Positions 38,794-47,781 of a stretch of 64,000 nucleotides of DNA are shown here, piece after piece. Made by a program: the position numbers and the translations under genes. The notes below the pieces were generated by a model. It saw only the letters and a list, made by a program, of their open reading frames with translations. It ran no database searches and was not told where the DNA came from. Every line of letters starts with the position of its first letter. The stretch's first letter is position 1. This DNA comes from Peptococcaceae bacterium UBA6096 (lineage in GTDB: Bacteria; Bacillota; Peptococcia; DRI-13; UBA5745): assembly GCA_002435905.1 (NCBI GenBank), contig DIWW01000001.1:23283-87282 (forward strand), written 5' to 3'.

Positions 38794-38861
38794 CGTTCTA
38801 CGGATCGATTCGGCTCCTGCGGATTTCAAAGCCAAATTTTGAAAACCAAAGGAGTCAAATT

Positions 38862-39356
38862 ATGTTGAGAAATTTTAAGACCAGCCAAAAGAACCGCACT
38901 AACTACATCTACTACACTGCCGAGGGCACAAAGATCGTGATTACACCTGGAGAAAATGGTGTTACAGAAACTGACATTGAGCTGTTGCATACTATGGACG
39001 ACACGGAGGTGGACGAGCAGCGTCGTTACGACTACCGTGTCCCCGCTCATCTGGATGCTTATTACGATGGTGAGAACGATGCAGCTGATGACCGTAACAA
39101 ATATCTCGCTGATGATAGCGTAAATCCAGAGGCGTTATTCATAACCAATGAAGAGGAACAAGAACATCAAACCTATCTGGACAAGCTGGCCGCAGCTATG
39201 GAGTGCTTATTACCTCAGCAGAAAGAGCTTTTTAAAAAGGTATATCTGGATAAACGTACAAACACAGATATCGCTGCAGAAGAAGGTGTGACAGAAGCGG
39301 CCATCCGTAATCGCCTTAAAAAGATTCAAGAAAAACTTAAGAAATATTTCTTCTAA
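38862..39356 (+). CDS. Sigma-70 region 4 (ECF-like) transcription factor
   Basis: C-terminal LLPQQKEL...TNTDIAAEEGVTEAAIRNRLKKI HTH. Confidence 0.85.
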   Translation: MLRNFKTSQKNRTNYIYYTAEGTKIVITPGENGVTETDIELLHTMDDTEVDEQRRYDYRVPAHLDAYYDGENDAADDRNKYLADDSVNPEALFITNEEEQEHQTYLDKLAAAMECLLPQQKELFKKVYLDKRTNTDIAAEEGVTEAAIRNRLKKIQEKLKKYFF

Positions 39357-39359
39357 ATA

Positions 39360-39405
39360 GGGGGGTTCGAAAGAACCCTCTTTTTCGCATATCGATGAGG
39401 GGCAG
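39360..39405 (+). promoter_or_regulatory. Repeated terminator/promoter-like motif, copy 1
   Basis: GGGGTTCGAA-15-GCATAT-N3-TGAGGG; near-identical motif at 43597-43643. Confidence 0.55.
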
Positions 39406-39435
39406 GAAATTGTCCCTCCGGAAAGGAGACAGAAA

Positions 39436-39651
39436 ATGAGCCTTAAGCACAAGGTAACGATCAATGTGGCAAAACCCGGAGGTATACGAAGTCCAGTTTT
39501 GCAAAGCAGCAGACAGACGATCCGCAGTAAACTGCTCAATCTGCTGTTCGGCGAAAAGGTAAGTCTTATTGTGATCACGCCTGGAGATTCAGTAAATACG
39601 GTGGAGATCAAAGAGATCAGGGAAGGAGGTGCGGAGAATGAGCAAAATTAA
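39436..39651 (+). CDS. Phage hypothetical protein
   Basis: SD GAAAGGAG; overlaps the next gene. Confidence 0.7.
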   Translation: MSLKHKVTINVAKPGGIRSPVLQSSRQTIRSKLLNLLFGEKVSLIVITPGDSVNTVEIKEIREGGAENEQN

Positions 39652-39955
39652 GCTGCTTCTTGATGTGGTGTCGGATCTGCGTTCATTAGCTGACAGCGTT
39701 CAAGCAGTAGCTGAAGCAATAATGGAAAACGAGCCAGCAGAAACTCAGCAGTCAGAGATGCCTGAGCCAGAAAAAGAACCTGAAGTGAAGAAAGTAACGC
39801 TTGAAGAAGTACGAGCGGTTCTGGCTGGAAAGAGCCATGAAGGCTTCACGGCTGAAGTACGAGCACTCCTTTTGAAGTATGGCGCATCGAAGCTTAGTGA
39901 AATTGATCCGGCAAAGTATGCTGCACTTCTTGCGGATGCGGAGGGGCTGAAATGA
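39638..39955 (+). CDS. Phage hypothetical protein (conserved, precedes DUF2800)
   Basis: TLEEVRAVLA.KS..G....V..LL.KYGA.KLS.ID...Y motif. Confidence 0.75.
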   Translation: MSKIKLLLDVVSDLRSLADSVQAVAEAIMENEPAETQQSEMPEPEKEPEVKKVTLEEVRAVLAGKSHEGFTAEVRALLLKYGASKLSEIDPAKYAALLADAEGLK

Positions 39956-41079
39956 GTAAGCACGCTATACTCTCAGCATCCGGGGCGCATCGGTGGATGA
40001 ATTGTACTCCATCGGCAAGGCTGGAGCTTGAGTTTGATGACAAAAGCGGGTCTGCAGCAGCTGAAGGAACAGCAGCACACGAGCTCAGTGAACACAAGCT
40101 TCGTAAAGCATTAAAAATGAGATCTAAGAAGCCGGTTTCCCCATTCGATTCCGATGAGATGGATTCCTACACCGACGGTTATGTGGAGTTTATCCTTGAA
40201 ATCATCGAACAGGCAAAGCAGTCCTGCAATGACCCGCTGGTGTTGATTGAGCAGAGGTTGGACTTCACCAAGTATGTGCCTGACGGGTTTGGCACTGGCG
40301 ACAGTTTGATTATAGCCGATGGAACACTTCATATTATTGACTTCAAGTATGGACAGGGCGTTCTTGTGAACGCAGAGGACAATCCTCAGATGAAGCTCTA
40401 TGCATTAGGTGCACTAGAACTTTTCGATGGCATATACGACATCAACACAGTTGCCATGACTATTTACCAACCCCGCCGGGAAAATGTCAGTACGTTCACG
40501 GTTTTTAAGGAAAGCCTGTATCAGTGGGCGGAGGAAATTCTCAAGCCTATAGCAGAGCTGGCTTTTGCAGGGGATGGTCAGTATTGCCCTGGCGAGTGGT
40601 GTCAATTCTGTAGGGCAGCAGTGAAATGTCGAGCCAGAGCAGAATCCAAAATGAAACTTGCTGCGTTCGAATTTGCCTTGCCGCCTTTGCTTTCTGATGA
40701 AGAAATCGCAGAGATACTTTCATCAATCGGCGATCTGACCAACTGGGCTAATGAAATTATGGCCTATGCCACAGATACGGCTGTGAATCATGGCAAACAC
40801 TGGCCGGGATACAAGGTGGTCGAAGGCCGATCCAACCGCAAGTACACTGACGATGAAGCTGTCGCTGAGACGGCGAAAGAAGCCGGATATCGCGATATCT
40901 ACAAGCAGAGTCTCATCACCATTACCGAAATGGAAAAGCTGATGGGCAAACCCAAATTCAATGAAATCCTTGGAAGCCTGGTCATCAAGCCAACGGGGAA
41001 ACCGACGCTAGTTCCTGTATCGGATAAGCGTCCGGAAATAAATACATCAACAGCAAAAAATGATTTTATGGAGGTTTAA
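39952..41079 (+). CDS. DUF2800 Cas4-like PD-(D/E)XK nuclease
   Basis: HA.LSAS.AHRW..C, GFGTGD..IIDFKYG, NPQMKLYALG, WCQFC....C. Confidence 0.85.
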   Translation: MSKHAILSASGAHRWMNCTPSARLELEFDDKSGSAAAEGTAAHELSEHKLRKALKMRSKKPVSPFDSDEMDSYTDGYVEFILEIIEQAKQSCNDPLVLIEQRLDFTKYVPDGFGTGDSLIIADGTLHIIDFKYGQGVLVNAEDNPQMKLYALGALELFDGIYDINTVAMTIYQPRRENVSTFTVFKESLYQWAEEILKPIAELAFAGDGQYCPGEWCQFCRAAVKCRARAESKMKLAAFEFALPPLLSDEEIAEILSSIGDLTNWANEIMAYATDTAVNHGKHWPGYKVVEGRSNRKYTDDEAVAETAKEAGYRDIYKQSLITITEMEKLMGKPKFNEILGSLVIKPTGKPTLVPVSDKRPEINTSTAKNDFMEV

Positions 41080-41083
41080 TATT

Positions 41084-41662
41084 ATGTCAAATACAGTAAA
41101 CAGAACAAATTCCAATCCTGGAAAGAACCCTACAAAAGTAATCACCGGTATCGTACGCTTGTCCTACGCCAATGTATGGGAACCCAAATCTATCAACGGT
41201 GGAGCTGAAAAATTCAGCGTAAGCCTGATCATCCCCAAAAGCGATGTGAAGACGCTCTCCGCAATCAATGGAGCAATCGATGCAGCCATTGAAGAGGGCA
41301 AAGGCAAATTCGGAGGCAAGGTTCCGAACAAGGCTGCAATCAAGATTCCCCTTAGGGATGGAGACATCGATCGTCCTGATGATGAAGCTTATGCCGACAG
41401 CTACTTCATCAACGCTAATAGTAATACTGCACCGCAGGTCGTTGATAAAAATGTCAATCCTATTCTTGATCGCTCTGAGGTTTACTCCGGCATCTATGCG
41501 AGGGTGAGCATCAACTTCTATGCCTTCAACTCCAATGGCAATAAAGGGATAGCCTGTGGCCTCGGTAATATCCAGAAAATCCGTGATGGTGAACCGCTGG
41601 GTGGCAGAACAAATGCCGCTGACGATTTTAGCACAGATGTAGATGATGATTTCTTATCATGA
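41084..41662 (+). CDS. DUF2815 single-stranded DNA-binding protein (gp2.5-like)
   Basis: RLSYANVWEP, VYSGIYARVS, GIACGLGNIQKIRDGEPLGG, acidic tail. Confidence 0.85.
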   Translation: MSNTVNRTNSNPGKNPTKVITGIVRLSYANVWEPKSINGGAEKFSVSLIIPKSDVKTLSAINGAIDAAIEEGKGKFGGKVPNKAAIKIPLRDGDIDRPDDEAYADSYFINANSNTAPQVVDKNVNPILDRSEVYSGIYARVSINFYAFNSNGNKGIACGLGNIQKIRDGEPLGGRTNAADDFSTDVDDDFLS

Positions 41663-43593
41663 TTAAGCTCAATATAGATATAGAAACATATAGTAGTGTG
41701 GACCTCGCTAAAAGCGGGGTCTATCGCTATACAGAAGCTCCTGATTTTGAGATTCTGCTTTTTAGTTATAGTACCGATAGCGGACCAGTTCAGGTGATCG
41801 ATCTTGCAAGTGGTGAAATGCTACCGGCAAGCATAAGAAACGCGATCTTCGATGAGAGCGTTACAAAGTGGGCATTCAATGCTCAGTTTGAGAGGGTCTG
41901 CTTGTCCCGATATTTTGACAGATGGCTGAAGCCTGATTCTTGGCGTTGCACTATGGCATGGTCTGCTTACCTCGGCTTACCTTTATCTCTGGAAGGTGCA
42001 GCGTTGGTCACAGGAGCCGACAATCAGAAATTGACCGAAGGAAAAGACTTAATCCGGTACTTTTCAGTTCCATGCAAACCCACTCAGGCAAATAGTGGTC
42101 GCTTGAGAAACCTGCCGGAACATGCAGCAGATAAATGGGAGAGGTTCAAAGCCTATAATATCCGCGACGTCGAAGCCGAGATGGCGATACAGTCGCGACT
42201 TGAGAAGTTCCTCATGCCGGAGGACGAGTGGCAGAATTATATCTTGGACCAGCAGATCAATGACCGCGGTATCCAGTTGGACATGGAACTTGTAGAACAG
42301 GCCATAAAATGTGATGAGAAATCAAGAGCACAGCTCACATGGACAATGCGAGAACTGACGGATCTGGATAATCCAAACTCAGTCGCTCAGATGAAAGCAT
42401 GGCTTGCAGAAAACGGTCTGGAAACTGAAAGCTTGGATAAAGCAGCGGTGAAAGAGCTATTACAGACCGCACCGGAAAGATTAAGCCGAGTTCTGGAGCT
42501 AAGACAGGCACTCGCCAAGTCCAGCGTAAAGAAATACACAGCGATGAAAAATGCTGTCTGTTCTGATGGTCGAGCACGCGGGCTTTTGCAGTTTTATGGT
42601 GCCAATAGAACAGGGAGATTCGCTGGGCGTTTAATACAGGTCCAAAATCTCCCGCAGAATCACCTTCCGGATCTGGAGCAGGCACGCAGCCTTGTCCGAG
42701 CAGGACAGTTTGATGCCATGGAGGTACTTTACGATTCAATCCCTGTCGTCTTGTCTGAGCTTATCCGGACTGCCTTTGTACCTAAGGAAGGATGCAAATT
42801 CATCGTTGCAGATTTTAGTGCCATTGAAGCAAGGGTTATTGCCTGGTTGGCGGGCGAATCATGGAGAAATGATGTGTTTGCTACACATGGCAAGATTTAT
42901 GAAGCCTCAGCAGCGCAGATGTTCCGAGTTCCTATTGAAGAAATTACAAAAGGAAGTCCACTGCGGCAGAAAGGTAAAATTGCGGAATTGGCTCTGGGAT
43001 ACGGTGGATCTGCAGGTGCGCTGAAGGCGATGGGAGCACTCGATATGGGCCTTTCCGAGGAAGAATTAAAGCCACTTGTATCTGCATGGCGAAACGCTAA
43101 TCCCAACATTGTCAGGCTTTGGTGGGATGTTGATAATGCAGTGAAGACAGCGGTCAAAGAGAAAACTAGGACTGAAACACACAGCATCCAGTTTGAATAC
43201 TGCAGTGGAATGCTGCTTATTCGACTTCCGTCTGGCAGGCAGCTTACTTATGTGAAACCTCGAATGGGAGTTAACAGTTTTGGCAGCGAGTCGGTGAATT
43301 ATGAAGGTGTGGGTTCTACGAAGAAATGGGAGCGCATCGATAGCTATGGTCCCAAATTCGTGGAAAACATCGTGCAGGCAATTGCCAGAGATATTCTCTG
43401 TTATGCCATGCGGCGTTTGGACCAGGCAGGACATAAGATTGTGATGCATGTCCACGACGAAGCGGTAATTGAGGCACCAGTCGAAACTTCAGTTCAAGGT
43501 GTCTGCTCCATTATGGGAGAAACACCACCTTGGTCAAAGGGGCTTTTGCTCCGCGCTGATGGCTATGAATGTGATTTTTATAAAAAAGATTAA
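41659..43593 (+). CDS. Phage family A DNA polymerase with 3'-5' exonuclease
   Basis: DIETYS, FNAQFER and YNIRDVE exonuclease motifs; ADFSAIEAR (A), RQKGKIAELALGYG (B), HVHDE (C). Confidence 0.92.
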   Translation: MIKLNIDIETYSSVDLAKSGVYRYTEAPDFEILLFSYSTDSGPVQVIDLASGEMLPASIRNAIFDESVTKWAFNAQFERVCLSRYFDRWLKPDSWRCTMAWSAYLGLPLSLEGAALVTGADNQKLTEGKDLIRYFSVPCKPTQANSGRLRNLPEHAADKWERFKAYNIRDVEAEMAIQSRLEKFLMPEDEWQNYILDQQINDRGIQLDMELVEQAIKCDEKSRAQLTWTMRELTDLDNPNSVAQMKAWLAENGLETESLDKAAVKELLQTAPERLSRVLELRQALAKSSVKKYTAMKNAVCSDGRARGLLQFYGANRTGRFAGRLIQVQNLPQNHLPDLEQARSLVRAGQFDAMEVLYDSIPVVLSELIRTAFVPKEGCKFIVADFSAIEARVIAWLAGESWRNDVFATHGKIYEASAAQMFRVPIEEITKGSPLRQKGKIAELALGYGGSAGALKAMGALDMGLSEEELKPLVSAWRNANPNIVRLWWDVDNAVKTAVKEKTRTETHSIQFEYCSGMLLIRLPSGRQLTYVKPRMGVNSFGSESVNYEGVGSTKKWERIDSYGPKFVENIVQAIARDILCYAMRRLDQAGHKIVMHVHDEAVIEAPVETSVQGVCSIMGETPPWSKGLLLRADGYECDFYKKD

Positions 43594-43596
43594 TTT

Positions 43597-43643
43597 GAGG
43601 GGGTTCGAAGCCCTCTCTTTTTTTTGCATATAGCTGAGGGCAG
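43597..43643 (+). promoter_or_regulatory. Repeated terminator/promoter-like motif, copy 2
   Basis: GAGGGGGTTCGAAGCCCTCTC-T tract-GCATAT-N3-TGAGGGCAG. Confidence 0.55.
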
Positions 43644-43679
43644 TCTATGTCGCCTTACAACTATAGCAGGAGGTTCACT

Positions 43680-44471
43680 ATGAACGATTTAAAAATTTTT
43701 AACTACGAGGGAAGTACGGTAAGAACAGTTTTGAGGAATGGAGATCCTTGGTGGGTTTTGAAAGATGTGTGTTCAGTGCTTGAAATCGGGAACAGTCGTG
43801 ATGTTATGGCACGCCTGGATAACGATGAAAAGGGAGTCGACATTATCGACACCCTTGGAGGAAGGCAAGAAGTATCCATTATCAATGAAAGTGGTCTGTA
43901 TAACATAATCTTGGTTTCCCGAAAACCAGAAGCAAAGAAGTTCAAGCGCTGGGTAACCCATGAAGTGCTGCCGTCTATCCGAAAACATGGACTCTATGCA
44001 GCTGATGAGCTGCTTGCCAACCCAGACCTTTGGATCAGAGCTTTACAGGAACTTAAAGCAGAGCGGACAAGAAATGCTGCGCTTGTTGCAACCATCAGCA
44101 TTCAGGAACAGCAGATTGCTGAAATGCAGCCCAAAGCGAGCTATTACGATGTGGTTCTAAATTGCAAGGATGCAGTGGCCATCACAACAATTGCTAAGGA
44201 CTATGGGAGATCAGGTCGCTGGCTGAACGAATATCTTCATGATCTGGGTGTGCAATTCCGTCAGGGTAATATCTGGCTTCTTTATCAGAAACATGCTCAG
44301 CATGGATATACCGCAACCAAGACTCATAGCTACCCAGGCGGCGACGGCAGCATGCACTCAAAGGTCCATACTTACTGGACTCAAAAGGGACGTCTGTTTA
44401 TCTACGAACTGTTGAAATCACATGGCATACTCCCGCTGATTGAGCAAGAATCGGATTTCGAGGTCGTGTAG
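43680..44471 (+). CDS. Phage antirepressor (BRO-N + KilAC/ANT domain)
   Basis: FNYEG..VR, INESGLY..I..SRKPEAKKFKRWVT.EVLPSIRKHG, PKA.YYD, YWTQKGRLFI. Confidence 0.9.
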   Translation: MNDLKIFNYEGSTVRTVLRNGDPWWVLKDVCSVLEIGNSRDVMARLDNDEKGVDIIDTLGGRQEVSIINESGLYNIILVSRKPEAKKFKRWVTHEVLPSIRKHGLYAADELLANPDLWIRALQELKAERTRNAALVATISIQEQQIAEMQPKASYYDVVLNCKDAVAITTIAKDYGRSGRWLNEYLHDLGVQFRQGNIWLLYQKHAQHGYTATKTHSYPGGDGSMHSKVHTYWTQKGRLFIYELLKSHGILPLIEQESDFEVV

Positions 44472-44473
44472 CT

Positions 44474-44893
44474 ATGGACAAGTACAATGTAGAAGGCTAC
44501 CCAGATCCAACAGCCGCTGAAGCTCTGGGTAATGTAGAACGAGAAGAAAAAGCGAAAAGCCATAGACCTTGCGTGTTCATATGCTCACCATTTGCTGGAG
44601 ATATAAAAACCAATCTTGAGAACGCCAGAAAGTACTTAAGATTTGCGGTGGATAAAGGAGCGATACCCTTCGCTCCTCATCTGCTATACCCGCAGGTAAT
44701 GGACGATCATGATCCGGATGAAAGGAAATTGGGATTATTCTTCGGCATGGTCTGGCTTAGAAAGTGTAATGAGCTATGGGTGTTTGGAAGTCATATTTCA
44801 AGCGGGATGCGGACAGAAATCGATAAAGCAACGAAGCATCATATGACCATCAGATACTTCACCGAAAACTGTAAGGAGGTGCAGAAGATATGA
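44474..44893 (+). CDS. DUF4406/DUF7768-like protein (nucleoside deoxyribosyltransferase fold)
   Basis: YPDPTA, VFICSPFAGD, PFAPHLLYPQ, LWVFG..IS.GM..EI. Confidence 0.7.
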   Translation: MDKYNVEGYPDPTAAEALGNVEREEKAKSHRPCVFICSPFAGDIKTNLENARKYLRFAVDKGAIPFAPHLLYPQVMDDHDPDERKLGLFFGMVWLRKCNELWVFGSHISSGMRTEIDKATKHHMTIRYFTENCKEVQKI

Positions 44894-47265
44894 AAATAGC
44901 GGTTGGCAACAGCCGTATGGATAAAAAGTGGAAGAACAAAGACATAACTTGGGAAGATTTTATCGCCCGAGTTATGACAACCATACGGACTACAGAAACG
45001 GTATCCGAGTTTCGTAAGTTGAGTCGGGCCAAACAAGACTCCATAAAAGATGTAGGCGGTTTTGTTGGAGGTGCTCTTCGTGAAGGCAAGCGTCGAAACG
45101 GATTTGTCTTAAGTCGTTCTCTCCTGACTCTCGATATGGACTATGCAAAGCCAGGAATCTGGGATCAGATTGAATCACTACATGATTTTAAATGCTGCAT
45201 CTATTCAACTCATAAAAATACACCTAATGCTCCCAGGCTCAGGCTGCTTATTCCTCTAGCTCGTGAAGTCAGTGAAGATGAATATCCGGCACTGGGGCGC
45301 ATGGTGGCAAAGGAAATAGGAATCGATCTGTTCGACGACACCACCTATGAACCATCAAGGCTGATGTATTGGCCATCTACACCCTCCGATGGAGAGTTTG
45401 TATTCAAAGAAAAAGATGGAGATTTGCTTGATCCTGATTTGTATCTTTCCAAATACGCTGATTGGCGTGATACCTCTACGTGGCCGGTATCATCTCGGCA
45501 GTCGGAGGTGGTCCAGCGAAAAATAACTCAACAGGCAGATCCACTTTCCAAGGAAGGCGTAGTCGGAGCATTTTGCAGAGCTTATACCATTGAAGAAGCT
45601 ATCGATACTTTCCTGAAGGAAATATATGAACCAAGTGCAATGAATGGCCGCTATGATTATACCCCTGCAGACTCTTCAGCCGGACTAGTTATCTATGACG
45701 GGAAATTCGCATACAGCCACCATGCCACTGATCCTGCCTGTGGGAAGCTCCTTAATGCTTTTGACCTTGTTCGTGTCCATAGATTCCGTGATGTAGATGA
45801 TAAGGTTGCTGAAGATACACCGCCAAGCAAACATCCATCCTACAAAGCAATGTCCGATTTAGCAATAAAAGATGAACGTGTAAAGGAGCAATTCGCAGAG
45901 GAGCGTAGGGCGCTGGCTGAAAGTGAGTTTGAAGATGAGGATTGGCAAAAGCAGCTTGAGCTTGAAAAGACAGGTGCTGTAAAAAACACCCTAAGAAACC
46001 TTACGATCATAATCGAAAATGATCTGAACCTAAAAGGTATTGTGTTCAATCAGTTATCCGACAATCTTGAAATTAAAGGCGACGTTCCCTGGACACACCC
46101 CTCAAGGTTTTGGAGGGATGCAGATGATGCGCAGCTTGTCAGTTACATCGATACCCACTATGGTACTTTCTCTGCCCGCAACTATGACATCGCAGTGGCA
46201 AAGGTGACTGACGACCGTTCCTATCATCCGATCCGAGAGTTCATTGATTCATTACCTGAGTGGGATGAAATTCCTCGCGTTGATACTTTACTGATCGATT
46301 ATCTCGGGGCTTCTGACAATCCCTATGTGAGATCTATAACCCGAAAGACTCTCTGTGCAGCCATAGCCCGTGTTATGAATCCAGGCTGTAAGTTTGATTC
46401 CATGCTGGTTCTGAATGGTCCGCAGGGCGTTGGGAAGAGCACGCTCATAGCCAAACTAGGCGGTGAGTGGTTTTCTGACTCGCTGAGCCTTTCTGATACC
46501 AAGGACAAAACCGCTGCTGAGAAGCTGCAGGGCTATTGGATACTTGAGATCGGAGAACTTGCCGGGCTAAAAAAGGCGGAAGTGGAAACGCTGAGAAGCT
46601 TTCTATCACGCCAGAACGACATCTATCGTGCCAGCTTTGGACGAAGGGCAACTCCTCACCTGAGGCAATGTGTCTTTTTTGGAACCACCAATGCAGAGAA
46701 GGGATACTTAAGGGACACTACAGGAAATCGTCGCTTCTGGCCCATAAAAACTCCCGGTAACGGAAGAAAGCAATCTTGGCAGCTTACACAAGAAGAAGTA
46801 TTCCAGATATGGGCTGAAACACTGATCTATGTCAAAGCCGGAGAAAAACTATACCTCGATGCATCTGTAGAAAATCTCGCAAAAGAGGAACAACGAGAAG
46901 CGATGGAGTCCGATGAAAGAGAGGGTTTGGTGCGTGATTACCTAGACACCCTTTTGCCAGAGGATTGGGACAGCATGGACACCTTTGAGCGTCGCAATTT
47001 TATAGGCGGTACAGAGTTTGGTGACAGCAACCGCATCGGGGTAAAGAAACGCACACTTGTTTCCAATATGGAAATCTGGTGTGAATGCTTTGGTAAGGAC
47101 CGCGCTAACTTCAAACGCATGGATAGTAATGAGATATCAACGATCATGGCTGGTATTGGAGGCTGGACCTTGTCTGATAAGAAGGTTCGAATACCACTTT
47201 ACGGCCCGCAGTGGGTTTATGTTCCCAAGTCTGTTCCAAGAAGTAAAAGTTCGGAACAGGCATAA
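44890..47265 (+). CDS. VapE-type primase-polymerase/SF3 helicase
   Basis: N-terminal prim-pol (LDMD, YSTHK..PRLR), GPQGVGKST Walker A, ILEIGEL, GTTN, TGNRRFWP. Confidence 0.9.
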   Translation: MKIAVGNSRMDKKWKNKDITWEDFIARVMTTIRTTETVSEFRKLSRAKQDSIKDVGGFVGGALREGKRRNGFVLSRSLLTLDMDYAKPGIWDQIESLHDFKCCIYSTHKNTPNAPRLRLLIPLAREVSEDEYPALGRMVAKEIGIDLFDDTTYEPSRLMYWPSTPSDGEFVFKEKDGDLLDPDLYLSKYADWRDTSTWPVSSRQSEVVQRKITQQADPLSKEGVVGAFCRAYTIEEAIDTFLKEIYEPSAMNGRYDYTPADSSAGLVIYDGKFAYSHHATDPACGKLLNAFDLVRVHRFRDVDDKVAEDTPPSKHPSYKAMSDLAIKDERVKEQFAEERRALAESEFEDEDWQKQLELEKTGAVKNTLRNLTIIIENDLNLKGIVFNQLSDNLEIKGDVPWTHPSRFWRDADDAQLVSYIDTHYGTFSARNYDIAVAKVTDDRSYHPIREFIDSLPEWDEIPRVDTLLIDYLGASDNPYVRSITRKTLCAAIARVMNPGCKFDSMLVLNGPQGVGKSTLIAKLGGEWFSDSLSLSDTKDKTAAEKLQGYWILEIGELAGLKKAEVETLRSFLSRQNDIYRASFGRRATPHLRQCVFFGTTNAEKGYLRDTTGNRRFWPIKTPGNGRKQSWQLTQEEVFQIWAETLIYVKAGEKLYLDASVENLAKEEQREAMESDEREGLVRDYLDTLLPEDWDSMDTFERRNFIGGTEFGDSNRIGVKKRTLVSNMEIWCECFGKDRANFKRMDSNEISTIMAGIGGWTLSDKKVRIPLYGPQWVYVPKSVPRSKSSEQA

Positions 47266-47480
47266 AGCTGGGAACAAAAATACCTGTTCCTATGTTCCAA
47301 ACTCATGCTTTTGGAACAACTCATCGGAACAGGCGGTAGCCCTTGATATATAAGAAACTGAAATACCTGTGTTCCTATGTTCCAAAAATTACTATTAATA
47401 ATAATTCTAAAGATAATAGATAGAAATTGACTGCAGACGCCCGTTTGCGCGCGTATAGAGATTTTTGATGCTTGGGAACA
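47220..47480. repeat. Cluster of 11 GGAACA/TGTTCC hexamers with an AT-rich stretch; putative replication origin
   Basis: Copies at 47220, 47232, 47253, 47271, 47285, 47293, 47313, 47326, 47370, 47378 and 47475. Confidence 0.7.
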
Positions 47481-47499
47481 CAGGCTTTATGGAGGATAT

Positions 47500-47781
47500 A
47501 TGAGAGAAAAAATTATTGAACAAAAATTGGTAAGAGATACGAAAGATAAAAGTGGCCTCGCATTAAAGTTCACATCACCCGGTTTTGATGGAATGCCGGA
47601 TCGGTTGGTGCTTCTACCTGGAGGGAAGATGGCCTTTATTGAAGTGAAAGCTCCTGGTAAAACAATGCGCCCACTCCAGGAAAAGCGAAAAAGACAGTTA
47701 GAAGCACTTGGATTTTTGGTATTCTGCATAGACCAGAAGGAGCAGATTGGAGGGATACTTAATGAAATACAGTCCTCATAA
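47500..47781 (+). CDS. VRR-NUC domain nuclease
   Basis: GMPDRLVL...FIEVKAPG...RPLQ. Confidence 0.9.
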   Translation: MREKIIEQKLVRDTKDKSGLALKFTSPGFDGMPDRLVLLPGGKMAFIEVKAPGKTMRPLQEKRKRQLEALGFLVFCIDQKEQIGGILNEIQSS

